Shown here in pieces: positions 24,150 to 35,625 of a DNA stretch of 64,000 bases. Below the pieces are notes generated by a model. It worked only from the letters and a program-made list of their open reading frames with translations. It made no database searches and was not told where the DNA came from. Every line of letters begins with the position of its first letter. The stretch's first letter is position 1. The translations under genes and the position numbers were made by a program. Source of the DNA: Camelus dromedarius (Eukaryota); NCBI RefSeq assembly GCF_036321535.1, contig NC_087437.1:122576001-122640000 (forward strand). Direction: 5' to 3'.

Positions 24150-26035
24150 TGATCTCTCTTTTTGTTTTCTCTTTCTTCTTTCTGTTCTCTTTTCTTGTGG
24201 TTTGATGACTTAGAGAAGGTCCTTCAACATTTGTTGTAAAGCTGGCTTGGTGGTGCTGAAATCTTGTAGCTTTTGTTTATCTGTGAAGCTTTTGATTTCT
24301 CCCTGAAGTCTGAATGAGAGCCTTGCTGGACAGAGTGTTCTTGGCTGTAGGTTTCCCCCTTGCATCACTTTAAATATACCGTGCCACTCCCTTCTGGCCT
24401 GCAGAGTTTCTGCTGAAAATTCAGCTGATAACCTTGTGGGAGTTCCCTTGTATGTTATTTGTTGCTTTTCTCTTGCTAATTTTAATATTTTCTCCTTATT
24501 CTTAATTGCTGTCAATTTGATGACTGTGTGCCTTGGTGTGCTCCTCTTTGAGCTAATCCTGTGTGGAACTCTCTGCGCTTCCAGGACTTGGGTGACTGTT
24601 TCCTTTCCCAAGCTGGGGAAGTTTTCGGTTATTATCTCTCCAAAAATTTTCTCAGGTCCTTTCTTCTCTTTCTGGGACCCCTATGATCTGAATATTAGTG
24701 CGCTTCATGTTGTTCTAGAGTTCTCTTAAATTATCCTCATTCCTTTTTTTCTTTTTTTCTTTTTTCTGTTCTGCAGCAGTGATTTCCGCTAGTCTGTCTT
24801 CCAGCTCACTGATCTGTTCTTCTGCCTCATTTAGTCTGTTCTTGGTTCCTTCTGGTGTGTTGTCCATTTCAGTGATTTTATTCTTCAGCTCTGTTTGGGT
24901 ATTCTTTATATTTTCCAACTCTGCTAAAAACTTCACTCTGTGCGTCTATACTCCTCTTGAGTTCTCTGAACATCTTGGCCATCATTACTTTAAACTCTTT
25001 CTCGGATGAATTACCTATCTCCTCATCACTTATTTCTTCTTCTGGGATTTTAGCTTGTGCCTTGGCCTGGGAGATACTCCTCTGCCACCTCATATTGTCT
25101 ATCTTTCTGTGTGTTTGTGGATTTCCTTCCACAGGCTTTGGGATTATTATTTTCTTATTTCTAGTATCTGCCCCTGGTGGATGAGGCTGGACTAGAGGCT
25201 TATGCAGGTTTTCTGACAGGAGGAGCCAGCGCCTGCCCACTGCTGGGTGAAGCTTGGTCCTGGACCTCTGGTGGGTAGGGCCGCGTCTAGAGGCCTCTGT
25301 GGCTCAGGAAGTCTGCTGATGGTTGGGGCTGTGTTCCCACTCTATATTGTTTGGCCTGAGGCTTCTCTACAGGCTGTTGAGTGGGGCTTGGTCTTGGTGC
25401 TGATGATCCAGTCAAGATCCTCAGCCTCCAGGAAAGCTCATGTAGATGAACACTCCCGGAATGTCCGCCACCAGCTTTTATGTCCCCTGAGTGAGCCGCA
25501 GCCGTCCCCCACGTCCCCAGGAGACCCTCCAAATCCAGCAGGCAGGTCTGGCTCAGGTTCCTGTGAAATCACTGCCTGTGCCCTTGGACCTGATGCACGT
25601 GAGTTTCCGTGTATGTTTCCCAAGCGAATGGAGTCTCTGTTTCCCCCTAGTCCCATGAGGCTCCCAGAGCCAAGCCCCACTGGCCTTCAAAACCAGATGT
25701 CCTGGGGTCTCCTTCTCTTCCCAATGCTGGAACCCGGGCTGGGGAGCCTGACTTGGGGTCAGAACTCTCACTCCTGTGGGAGGGCCTCTGCGACTAAACT
25801 GTTCTTCCGCTTGTGGATCGCCCACTCTGGGGTATGGGGCCCAATTATATCGTGAGCACAGCCCTCCTACTGTCCTGCTGTGGTTCCCTCTCTATGTTTC
25901 CATTCGCAGAAGATCTTTTTTGCTAGGTTCTAGTCTTTTTTCAATGGTTGTTTAGCATTCAGTTGTGGTTTCGTTGTAATGGCGAGGAGAGGCAAGCTTG
26001 TGGTCCTGCCACTCTGCCATCTTGACCAGAAATTA
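24150..26035 (-). mobile_element. L1 5'UTR plus disrupted ORF1 (25093 to 24210), with no ORF2 in continuation
   Basis: 5' end CAAGATGGC (YY1 core) at 26024-26016. ORF1 peptides include NRLNEAEEQISELEDR and EAQRVP..TPRH..KEKILKLAREK.QITYKGTP.RLSA.FSAETLQARREW. Confidence 0.9.
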
Positions 26036-27617
26036 CCAGTCCCATTTTTGTCCTATTGTTGTAACATATTTCACTTCCATATATGTTATAAACCCCACAA
26101 TTGATTATTATTGTTTCTCTATACTATAAGAAGTCTTTTTTATAAAATGTAAGTAATAGTGTTACCCACATATTTACCTTTTCTGTGGACTTTGCACCTG
26201 TCACTCTGGCAAGCATTAAAGACAGTTACTCCGTGCACTGCAGGTGAGGCGTGAAGTGCTGCACCCTTTATGGGAAGAATCTGACAAAGGTGTGAAAGAG
26301 AGCCATGCTCCTGTTTCAGCCCCGTCAGACTATCCCATAGAGGGTCAGGGGTAGGGGTGAGCGGGTGACGATGTTGGGGAGCAGGGACAGGGTCGAGGCT
26401 GATTTGAAAGGAGTCAGAGGATACAAACAAGCAGCTGTTAAAGTGAAGAAGATGACAGCAGGTACTTAAAGATGTGTTTGACCTCCTTAATAACCAGAGA
26501 GATGATTTCTCCTCATCTGTTGGCAGGGTTGCCATGGTGATGTCTATTGCTGACGAGGGTGCAGGAACGTCAGGGCTTCCGCTCCTGCTGTCCGTCCCGC
26601 TCACATGTAGGGGTGACTGTCCACCCTCCAGGAAGCAGCTGGTGGGGGACTCAAAACCCACAAAAGACCTCGATCCGTTAGTTTCACACTCAGGATTTTA
26701 TCCCAAGAAAGTTATCAGGGACTGACTGATTAATATTAAAGTGAGTTTATCTCAACACAATTTATAATAGTAAAACCTGAAAATAGTCTTAAGTATCCAA
26801 AACTGGGAGGTTTGTTAAGTAAGTTACAGTAATTTATAGGATGAAATACTATCAGATACTTAAGATGTGTTTAGAAGTATCTTTCAGAATGAGGAAAAAT
26901 GTTCAGAAAAGTGGAAGACGTGTCATTAGGCAGAATTGTGTGACCCCAGCAAACCCTGTGTAAGGGGTGTCGTGTGTACTGAAGAAAGCCTGAAATACTG
27001 TCGTGTTATCATATCACCAGCGTTTATCTGACCAATGAGTGAGACTACAGATGGTTTTAATTTTCCTGTGTGCTCTTGTGCTTTCGCACATTTTCTAAAG
27101 TGAACATGAGTGATGTCTGTGTTTAGGAAGATCTGTTTACATGTGTGTTTGGGGGTGGGGCTCTGGGTTCGGCTCCAAGGTGACTTCCCGCAGGCCCGTT
27201 CTGACGTGAAGCGGTTGGGCCGTGGCCCCAGGGTGTGAGGCGCCTCTTCTGGGCCCTGGGCGGCCCATGTCAGCGGCGGGGCTATCCACGGGCCACCCCG
27301 GCAGCACTCTGTAGGCCTTGGCACGCCACCTAGCTCTACCCTGGGTCTGACGAGGCCCCTGCCTCCTGGGCTGGTCATCAGTCTGAGGAAGCGCTGCTGT
27401 GACCGCGTCTGTTACTGAGTAGACGCTCAAGAGTGCCTCTTCCTGGTTTATTTTCCTGACGTTCTCAAACCATCTTGCGCTAGAGACGGAGAGTCAAGAT
27501 GGAGGGAGGGTGTGATCCCTTGACTCTGCTGGTGAAGATGACCTGAAATGTTTGTGCAATACAGACGTGGTCACGTGGACTTGATGTGAAACTGTACCGA
27601 TGACCTAGAGCCAGAAA

Positions 27618-27745
27618 ACAGAGAGACTGAGAGAGACTGGGGGAGAGAGAGAGACAGAGACAGAGACTGGTGGAGACCCGAGGAGAGAGAGAGAGACAGA
27701 CAGACCGAGACAGAGACAGGGGAGTGGGGAGGGAGAGGGAGACGG
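27618..27745. repeat. Compound (GA)/(GACA) microsatellite-like tract
   Basis: GAGAGACTGA GAGAGAC..GAGACAGACAGACCGAGACAGAGACAGG, directly visible. Confidence 0.85.
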
Positions 27746-27791
27746 CGTGTGGGAGCCCACAGTCATCTCCTGTCCCCCTCAATCTGAGCAG

Positions 27792-27899
27792 GAGGGGGAG
27801 GACCCTGTGGAGCCGGGCGAGGAGGAGCACCCCCAGGGGACCGAGTGCCTGGAGGAGTTCGTGGCCATCGCGGACTATTCTGCCACCGACGAGACGCAG
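27792..27899 (+). CDS. PRMT2: PRMT2 coding exon 2 (start of SH3)
   Basis: EGEDPVEPGEEEHPQGTECLEEFVAIADYSATDETQ. Acceptor gagcag|, donor CAG|gtagcc. Confidence 0.93.
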
Positions 27900-28531
27900 G
27901 TAGCCGTGTGGGCCATGCCTTAGGGCTCAGCATGTTCAGTGACAGAATTAGACGTAAGTTTTGCAGAAGTTGTACCAGATTTAAAGAAAGAAGTGTTCAG
28001 GTACTTAGAGCCACCCGGAACCTGTGAGTGACTCTCCCAGCCTAGCATATTCGGATCCAGGCCTGATGTGGAAGACCCGGGGTGAGGAAGGGGAGGAGGG
28101 AGTTTCTGCTCGGAAACCCTTATTTAGAAGCTGTTCTAGTCAATGAGAAATTGGGTGTGAAATAAAAGTATCTGCTTGAATGTAGCTTTCTCTGCTTTGT
28201 AACAGAAATGTCTTAGTGTGAACCCCAGTTACCACCTGGTTACGGTGGAGGGGCTGTTAGAAATTCTGTTCTGAGAAATTTAAGCTGTTTGAAAATGTTA
28301 AATCTTTTTAAAAAATGAATTAAGCTACGCTTTTGTTTCATGTAGATGTTCCACAAAAATCTCTACATCCTAGAATCATGTTTGTAAACTCAGTTGGTGT
28401 CATTACCCATTGACTCCTTTTTGGAATCACAGTGATTTGGGCCCCAGTGATGGGGGATTTCTCCCTGAACTGTAACTGAGATGCCAACTACAGGTCATCC
28501 TTTAATTTTCACTTCCGTATGTGTTTTGTAG

Positions 28532-28714
28532 CTCAGCTTTTTGAGAGGAGAGAAGATCCTCATCCTGAGACAGACCACTGCAGACTGGTGGTGGGGCGAG
28601 CGGGCCGGCTGCTGCGGGTACATCCCAGCGAACCACCTGGGGAAGTGTCTGGAGGACTGGGGCCCCGAGGACTCCTGGCAGGACGAGGAATACTTCGGCA
28701 GCTACGGGACCCTG
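28532..28714 (+). CDS. PRMT2: PRMT2 coding exon 3 (SH3 and DEEYFGSY helix)
   Basis: LSFLRGEKILILRQTTADWWWGERAGCCGYIPANHLGKCLEDWGPEDSWQDEEYFGSYGTL, with AG/GT boundaries. Confidence 0.97.
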
Positions 28715-28759
28715 GTACTGCCCCTACCCTGTCCAGCTGGCCGCGGCAGCTGCTTCTCC

Positions 28760-29056
28760 CCAGTTGTAGGTTCTCACTGTAAAAAATAATTTCTGGGCTG
28801 CTCACCGCTCGGAGCAGGCCCCCCCCTGCTGTCCAAGTGCCGAAGCAGCTGTAAAAATCAAGTGAGCAGGGCTGTGCTCCTACAAACCTCACCTGTAGAC
28901 ACTGAAATCTGCATTTCATAGGATTTTCAAGTGTCACATTCTTCTTTTGATTTTTAAAAACCATCAAAAATATGTAAACGCTGTTCTTAGCTTGCAAGCC
29001 ATACAGAGCAGATGGTGGGCTGGACTGGCCCACGGGCTGTAACGTGCTGACCCCTG
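28760..29056. mobile_element. MER58B-like hAT transposon
   Basis: GACACTGAAATCTGCATTTCATAGGATTTTCAAGTGTCAC..CTTAGCTTGCAAGCCATACA..GCTGACCCCTG. Confidence 0.7.
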
Positions 29057-29859
29057 TTTAGAGATACTATATTAGTGCTGGGATTATGAACTTTTCTCAA
29101 TATTTTTTTAAAAGTAATAAATTTTACTTAAAAAACAAATTACAAAAAAGTTGCACGAGTCAACAGTAGTGTGTATGACAAGTAGCTCATTGGTTTGTGT
29201 TTCTGTCTGGGTAAAGACCCCCAGCCCCGCGGTCTGCGCAGCCCCTGTTTATACTTTAAAGCAGATAAAGCAGATGCTTGCACGACGCATGTTGCAGCTA
29301 GAGTGTTGAGCGAAAGAAGCAAGACATCAGAGGGTATCTTACATTTGATTCAATCATGTCAGTGAGACAGCAGCATTAAAAGGTATTGTTACGAACATTT
29401 ATGTGAAACTCTAGTCAGGGACATGGCTCCCTTGAGGATGTGGGTGGTGGTGCCTGGAAAGAGAGGGTCCGTGTTCAGCGGGTCCAGGTGGGAAGGACCG
29501 GGTGCCGGCAGGGTTCTGGGATTGGCTGCTAGAGAGTTTGCGATGTAGCTATGTTGGATAAGCTCCGCAGGCACTGTTTAATGTACATTTTGTGGACATG
29601 TCATATTTCACAATTAAAAACGTTAAAGTAAATGAGAAAGCACTGACTGTGTACACGGTTAGCAGTTTCCATCTGTTAAGAAAGACGTAATGGGAACCCA
29701 GGGTCTGTCTCCTCGCTCTGCTCTTAGAGACTCCTTTCAGCAGGTGTTCTACCAAGTCTGCGCTGTATCTGTTTTGTTCTCTTAAATTCATAGGGAAAGA
29801 TGTTTCTGCACACGCTTTTCACCTTGCTCTTCCCATGAAGCTGTAATTACTGTGGGCTC

Positions 29860-31450
29860 TTCCTTACAACAGCTGCAGAGTATTGTGTTGATTTCAAAAG
29901 GCCCGTATTTGCTTATTTAATGGCTTTTTATCATGACCAGCGAGGCTGTGAGGGCTGCCCTCCTGCACAGATCCCGCTAAGCCTTTGCTAGAGTTTCCTG
30001 GGTAAATTCAAGGGGTGTGTTATGTGTTTTTACTTGGGTGGGTCTTGCCGAATCGCCCTCCAGAAAGATCCACTGATTCTACACCTACCAATGGCGTGAG
30101 ACTGCATATTTCATGACCACAAGCCATCACAGTGAGAAAAGATTTCCAGTCTTAAAGGTGAAAAGGTGTCACGATTTTGATTTCCATTTTGTAACGAGAG
30201 GTTGATGGTTTGTCGAATTTGATGGGTCTTTTGCATCTTGCTTTCTTGGTGAGCTTTCATATAATTTGGTTTCTGTCAGTTTATGTGTTAAATACGCAAT
30301 TTCGCTTGTATTTGTGGTCTGTGTCACTCCTAAAGAGTTTGCCACTCTTTTTCCCCTGTGGAACCTTTTTTCTTTATGTGGTCTAATCTATCCTTTGTTT
30401 TTTAAAATAGCTTTTGGGTTTTGCATCCTACTTTCAAGGCCTTTTTCACTCCAAGATTATAAATTTCCATGCATTCTTTTAGAACTTTTATGATCCCATT
30501 TTTAGCAGTGAAATGTTTGAATCAATCTGGAATTTACTTGCTGTAAAGAATAAGGAAAACTTCTGACTTAATTTCCCCACACGTGTCCAGCTGTTGCAGT
30601 GATTGGATCATCTTCCTTTTCTGTGTGGCACAAAGTGCACACCTGTCGTATGTTAAGTCTCTGCGGTCTGTTCTGGGGTCTCTGTTGTTCCGCTGGTCGT
30701 TTGTTTCTTCTGCGGCGCGTTCCAGATACCTCTCATCACTGCAGCTTTTCAACAGCTGGAAGACTGAGGCCTCTGGCAGTTCTCCTATTTTTCAGCAGTT
30801 TCCTGGCTAGCCTTGTCTGTTTATTTTTTTTTAAGTAATTTTATTGTCTTTTTCAGTGCTTCCCCTCCCCCTGCCAAGTTGGTTTGCCTTTTACCGTGTT
30901 GCAGAGAAAGAGCGTTAATTTAGGGAGAAGTGACAACACACCGACTCTCCTCATTTCTTAAGCCTTACGTTATGTCTCTCAGAGTTTCAAGGTTTTGCTC
31001 AAACAGGGTTTGTGTACTTCTAGTTAAATCTGTTCCTGGGTACTCTTGTGTATTATCGTGAGTGGCAGGGTGAAGTGTTCTTCCAGCTCAGTGGGGTTAA
31101 GCTGGTTGACGGTGTTGTTCACGTCTGTGTCTCTACTGATCTCCTTCCACCGACGACTGAGAGACGGGTGCTACGTCTCTGACGGTAGTTGTGAACTTGT
31201 CCATTTCTTGTTGCATTCCTGGTAGCTTTTCTTTATGTATTTGGAAGCCCTGTTATTAGATGCAGAACTGTTTGGAATGACCATGTCCTTTTGCTGAAGT
31301 GACTGCGTGTTATTAGGACCTGACGCTCTTCTTGGGAACACTCGTGCTCTGCCTGCATCCTGTCTGCCGTGTACACCGCCCTGCCAGCCTCCCCTCTGCC
31401 GGCGCCTCTGTGTCCTGGCTCTGACTTCCCGTCACGGTGGATGCTGCTGG
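29860..31450 (-). mobile_element. Highly degraded L1 fragments
   Basis: T-rich antisense L1-like motifs (TTAATTTAGGGAGAAGTGACA, TCCATTTCT..GTAGCTTTT..GTATTTGGAAGCCCTGTTATTAGATGCA). Confidence 0.55.
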
Positions 31451-32245
31451 TGGGATGGCTGGGTCTTACTCTGTCTACCCTCACAGCCCCGCTCTGTCCA
31501 TCTTTTGAGGAGCCATGTGGGCTTGTGAGGGCCGTGCAGACCTTCTGTTTGTGCTAATGCAGCTTGAGACCCGTGGAGTGGGGCATGGGGACGGAGCGGT
31601 GGGTGCAGCGCTGTCGGCAGCCGGGGCTCTGACCACCTGCTGTGGCTTTGCGAAGCATCTGGGGACTGGCCCGATTCCCACGGGGTGTGCCCTCAGATTT
31701 TGGGGTTTCCCCTGGACGTGGCTGGGGTCCCTTAGCTCACCCCCAAGGGTCAGTGGGTTATCACCTCCCTCCAGAGCTGCAGTTTCTGCTCCCCAAGCCA
31801 GTGAAGGGCAGTTTATGTGAGAGGACTCCTGGGCGCTGCGTGAGGAGGACCCTCGTAGGGCCCTGGGCGCCCCTCCCGGGCTCATCCTGTTCTCCCCTGG
31901 GGGATCTTGGCCAGGCTGTGTCTGGTTGGGAAAGTGGCAGTGCCTCCTGTCTCAGGTGGGAGCGGTGGCCAGCAGGGCGACAGCCACACTGCCTCCGCGG
32001 TCCACACCTGCTTCTCTGCCTGCCTGGCTCTTGGGGCGTGGGTACAGGGAGAACTACTGGTAGGATTCTGGAAACTCCCATCTCATTCATTCACTGTCCA
32101 CTCTTACTTGTATCTGTTGGCATATTTTGGTCTTTGGATTTTTTAAACCTCTTTGTTGCCCTCATTTTTACGTGTGTGGTGTTGGGGTTAGGGGTTGAGT
32201 CAGGCTCTAGCCTCCGTCTTAAGCCAGAGCTTGCCGCCGCTCTGA

Positions 32246-32539
<294 letters not shown>

Positions 32540-33361
32540 TGAGCCCTCCAGGGCCTGGGCTGTGGGTTTAATGAGCTGCAAATAGTGCAGAGTGGAACAG
32601 GATAGGACAGAAAATCTGAGTGAGGCACGTCTGGAGGGATGTGTCTGTGAAACGTTTGTTTCAGGGACTCGAGGAAACGTGTGTGTCCACGTGTCTGGGC
32701 CATGCCACCCACAGATCACTGTCCCAGTGCCGGGCCGCCCTGGCGGTGACCGCCTGGCAGGGACAGGACGGACCACCCTCCACAACTCATGCTGGGCCCC
32801 TGCCCTCCCTTGAAAGCCTGCCTGGGCCGTGCAAGGTGCAGCCTCCTGACGGCCCAACACTGGTGGATGAAACTCCTAGTTTACAGTGGGCCTGCGGCGC
32901 AGGGACCGGAGCCGGGCCATAGCTCTCAGGACCTTCTAGGAACCTGGATTTGTCGTTAGCCGCTGGTAGCCTGCAAGTACCTGGGCTCAGTCGAGTGCCA
33001 GGGACCTCCTGTGGCACTTACAGATGGCGTTGCTGCTTGCACGGGAGCCAGGCCGCTGGGCCTTCCCCCGCGCTCGGGGGTGGGCAGCCCGTGGATGCAG
33101 AGGCTCCTGCCCACCTGCAGCCCTGTGTCTGCGTTTTAGGCGGAAGGTGGAGTTAGGATTAGAGGCAGCTCCTTCCTGGGGCCCCTGTGGTGGGCGGCGC
33201 GGGGGGTCGGCTGCCGCCGTCCAGAACATGCCTCCGTTCTGCCGCTGTCATTTTCTCTGACGCTGATTCTGACTCAGGCGAGGTGACTCAGGCTTGGGCA
33301 GAGTGACAGCGGGCCTCAGCTTGGGGCCGGGATGCTCCAACAGTGCTTCTGTCACATGCAG

Positions 33362-33526
33362 GTGTACGCGGTGGAGGCCAGTGAGATGGCCCAGCACACA
33401 GGGCAGCTGGTCATGCAGAATGGCTTCGCTGACATCATCACCGTGTTCCAGCAGAAGGTGGAGGACGTGGTGCTGCCGGAGAAGGTGGATGTGCTGGTGT
33501 CTGAGTGGATGGGGACCTGCCTGCTG
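33362..33526 (+). CDS. PRMT2: PRMT2 coding exon 5 (post-I, motif II, start of double-E loop)
   Basis: [55 protein letters not shown]; cag| and |gtaagg. Confidence 0.98.
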
Positions 33527-35529
33527 GTAAGGGGCCTGGGATAAGGTGTGGATGGCTGGGGGGCGGCAGAGACTGCTGGGGTGGCTGGTCTGGTCTCTGG
33601 AATCTTCACAAATCATGATTAATTTTGACTTTCTTCCTAAGGGATGTGTAATTGATTTCCTGTATGACCATTGGCTCAGTAGCTTGAATTTTTAACTGAT
33701 TGAAAACACGCCTTTACGAGGAATCTAAGTCAAAGTTAATGCAACTTTCTTGTGAATGATTACATAAATTCTGTTCTCTCTGGGAACCTGTGGGTATCCA
33801 GTGTTTAATGTATTAGGCTGTTCTTTTAATACCAGCAAAGTCTTTGTCATGTGTCCCCAGCCTGGTCTCCCCTGTCCCTGCAGCCCCCAGTTAGTGTCTG
33901 TGAGGCTCGCCAAAGCCCGAGTTCTCCATCTTTCTTCCCCCGGTGTCACACAGGCAGGGTGGAGAGTTCTGGTTCTGCCCACCTCCCTGCACAGTGGCTT
34001 CTGGGCTCACAAACTCTGCTCCAAGGACAAGCGAGATGTGGGCGGGAGCCGGGCTGGCAGGAATGTGGGACCCTCCTAGGACCCTCAGTCCAACCCCCTT
34101 TCCTGCTCAGCATCTCAGGATCTGAGACCTTGTGGCAGAACAGCCCAACCTGGGCTTCAGTCTCTGTAAAAACCTAGAAAAACGGCGTCTGGGTGAAGTT
34201 GAGGGGAATGCCACCAGTGTTTCCAGCAAGAAACCTGTTTAAATCATAAGGGAGCAGCTTATGTGAATAATAGAATGTTGCCGCTGGCTTCTTACAGATT
34301 GCAGAGATTGAGGAAAATGACAGCAGTGACACTGGGTCTTGACTGTTGAAATTACGTTGTCTGGAAATAAAGTGTAAACAGACATGCTTATCTGTAATCT
34401 GGGGTGTAATCTGTGGATTCGTGAGATGACACACGGGAAAATAGAACTAACCACACCTTTAGTCATAAGGTGGTCATTGGCCTCTGCCCTGAAACACCAG
34501 TGTCCATTCACTAAATTTTAACTGGGCACCCTGGGGTGATGGGACCTGGGGAGCCAGACTGTGGACACCGAGGACAGGGGGACAGTGAGGACAACTGGGG
34601 TAGCGAGTCACTCAGGACGAGGTGTCTAGTCACATGATGCTGGGAGTCTGGTGGTTTTGTGCAGGCCAGGAGGGGCCCGTGTGGTGACTGTTGTCAGGCT
34701 AAGTGGTAGACGTGGTGACAGGAGGCTGGGCATCTGGCAGTGTCACAGCTTCATCAGCTGGACCACCCTCATCCTATGCAGAGCCCTGCATCCCTGTGGC
34801 TGCCCTTCCTGTCCACTGCCTGTTCCCAGAGCTCAGACCTCCGGGCCCCAGTCTCCCACCTGTCTTCCTACTCTACTGCTTGACATGTAGAAAGTTGGGA
34901 AACAAACCCAAATATATGTGCACTTAGTTTATAATAATAAGAGGTTTCCAATCATTGAGGTAAGGATATAGAATCCTTCAAAGATGGTGCCGAAGCAATT
35001 GATTATTTTGGAGAAAATGTTTTGATCCTTCCTCACACCATATGCTAAAATAAGTTCCAGATGGAACTGGATATATAGATTTAACCATTTTTTTTTTTTC
35101 CTAAAGAAAGAAACATAAAACAGGTGCTAAAAATTTGATCTGATGTTGGGATGGGAAGCTCTTTGTAAGAACAAAGCATGTAGAGAAGCTAGAGAATGTT
35201 TGATTTGTTTTTCAAGACCAGCACTACCCTAGTGTCAAAAGCAAAATTAGTGCAAAAAACATAACCTACAGACCAATAACACTCATGAACTAAGTGTAAG
35301 AATCCTCAGAACATTAGAAATTGAATCCAGCAATACATAAAAAGAATAATACACTGCTGCAAAGGAGAGATTATCTTCAGAATTCAAGGCTGGTTCAATA
35401 TTTTAAAATCAGTCAATGTAATCCACCATATTAACAGTCTAAGGAAGAAAAATCACAGGGCTGTACCAATTAATGCACAAAAATTTTGACAAAATATTTG
35501 AACAATTTCTAATTTCTTTTTTAAAAATT

Positions 35530-35625
35530 CTTTTATTTGATTATTTTTTTTTTTTAACAGAGGTATGGGGATTGAACCCAGGACCTTGTGCATGCTAAGC
35601 ACGTTCTCTGAGCTACACCCTCCCC
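35530..35625 (-). mobile_element. tRNA-derived SINE (camelid Vic-1-like)
   Basis: The - strand reads GGGGAGGGTGTAGCTCAG..CTTAGCATGCACAAGGTCCTGGGTTCAATCCCC followed by an A-tail. Confidence 0.8.
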
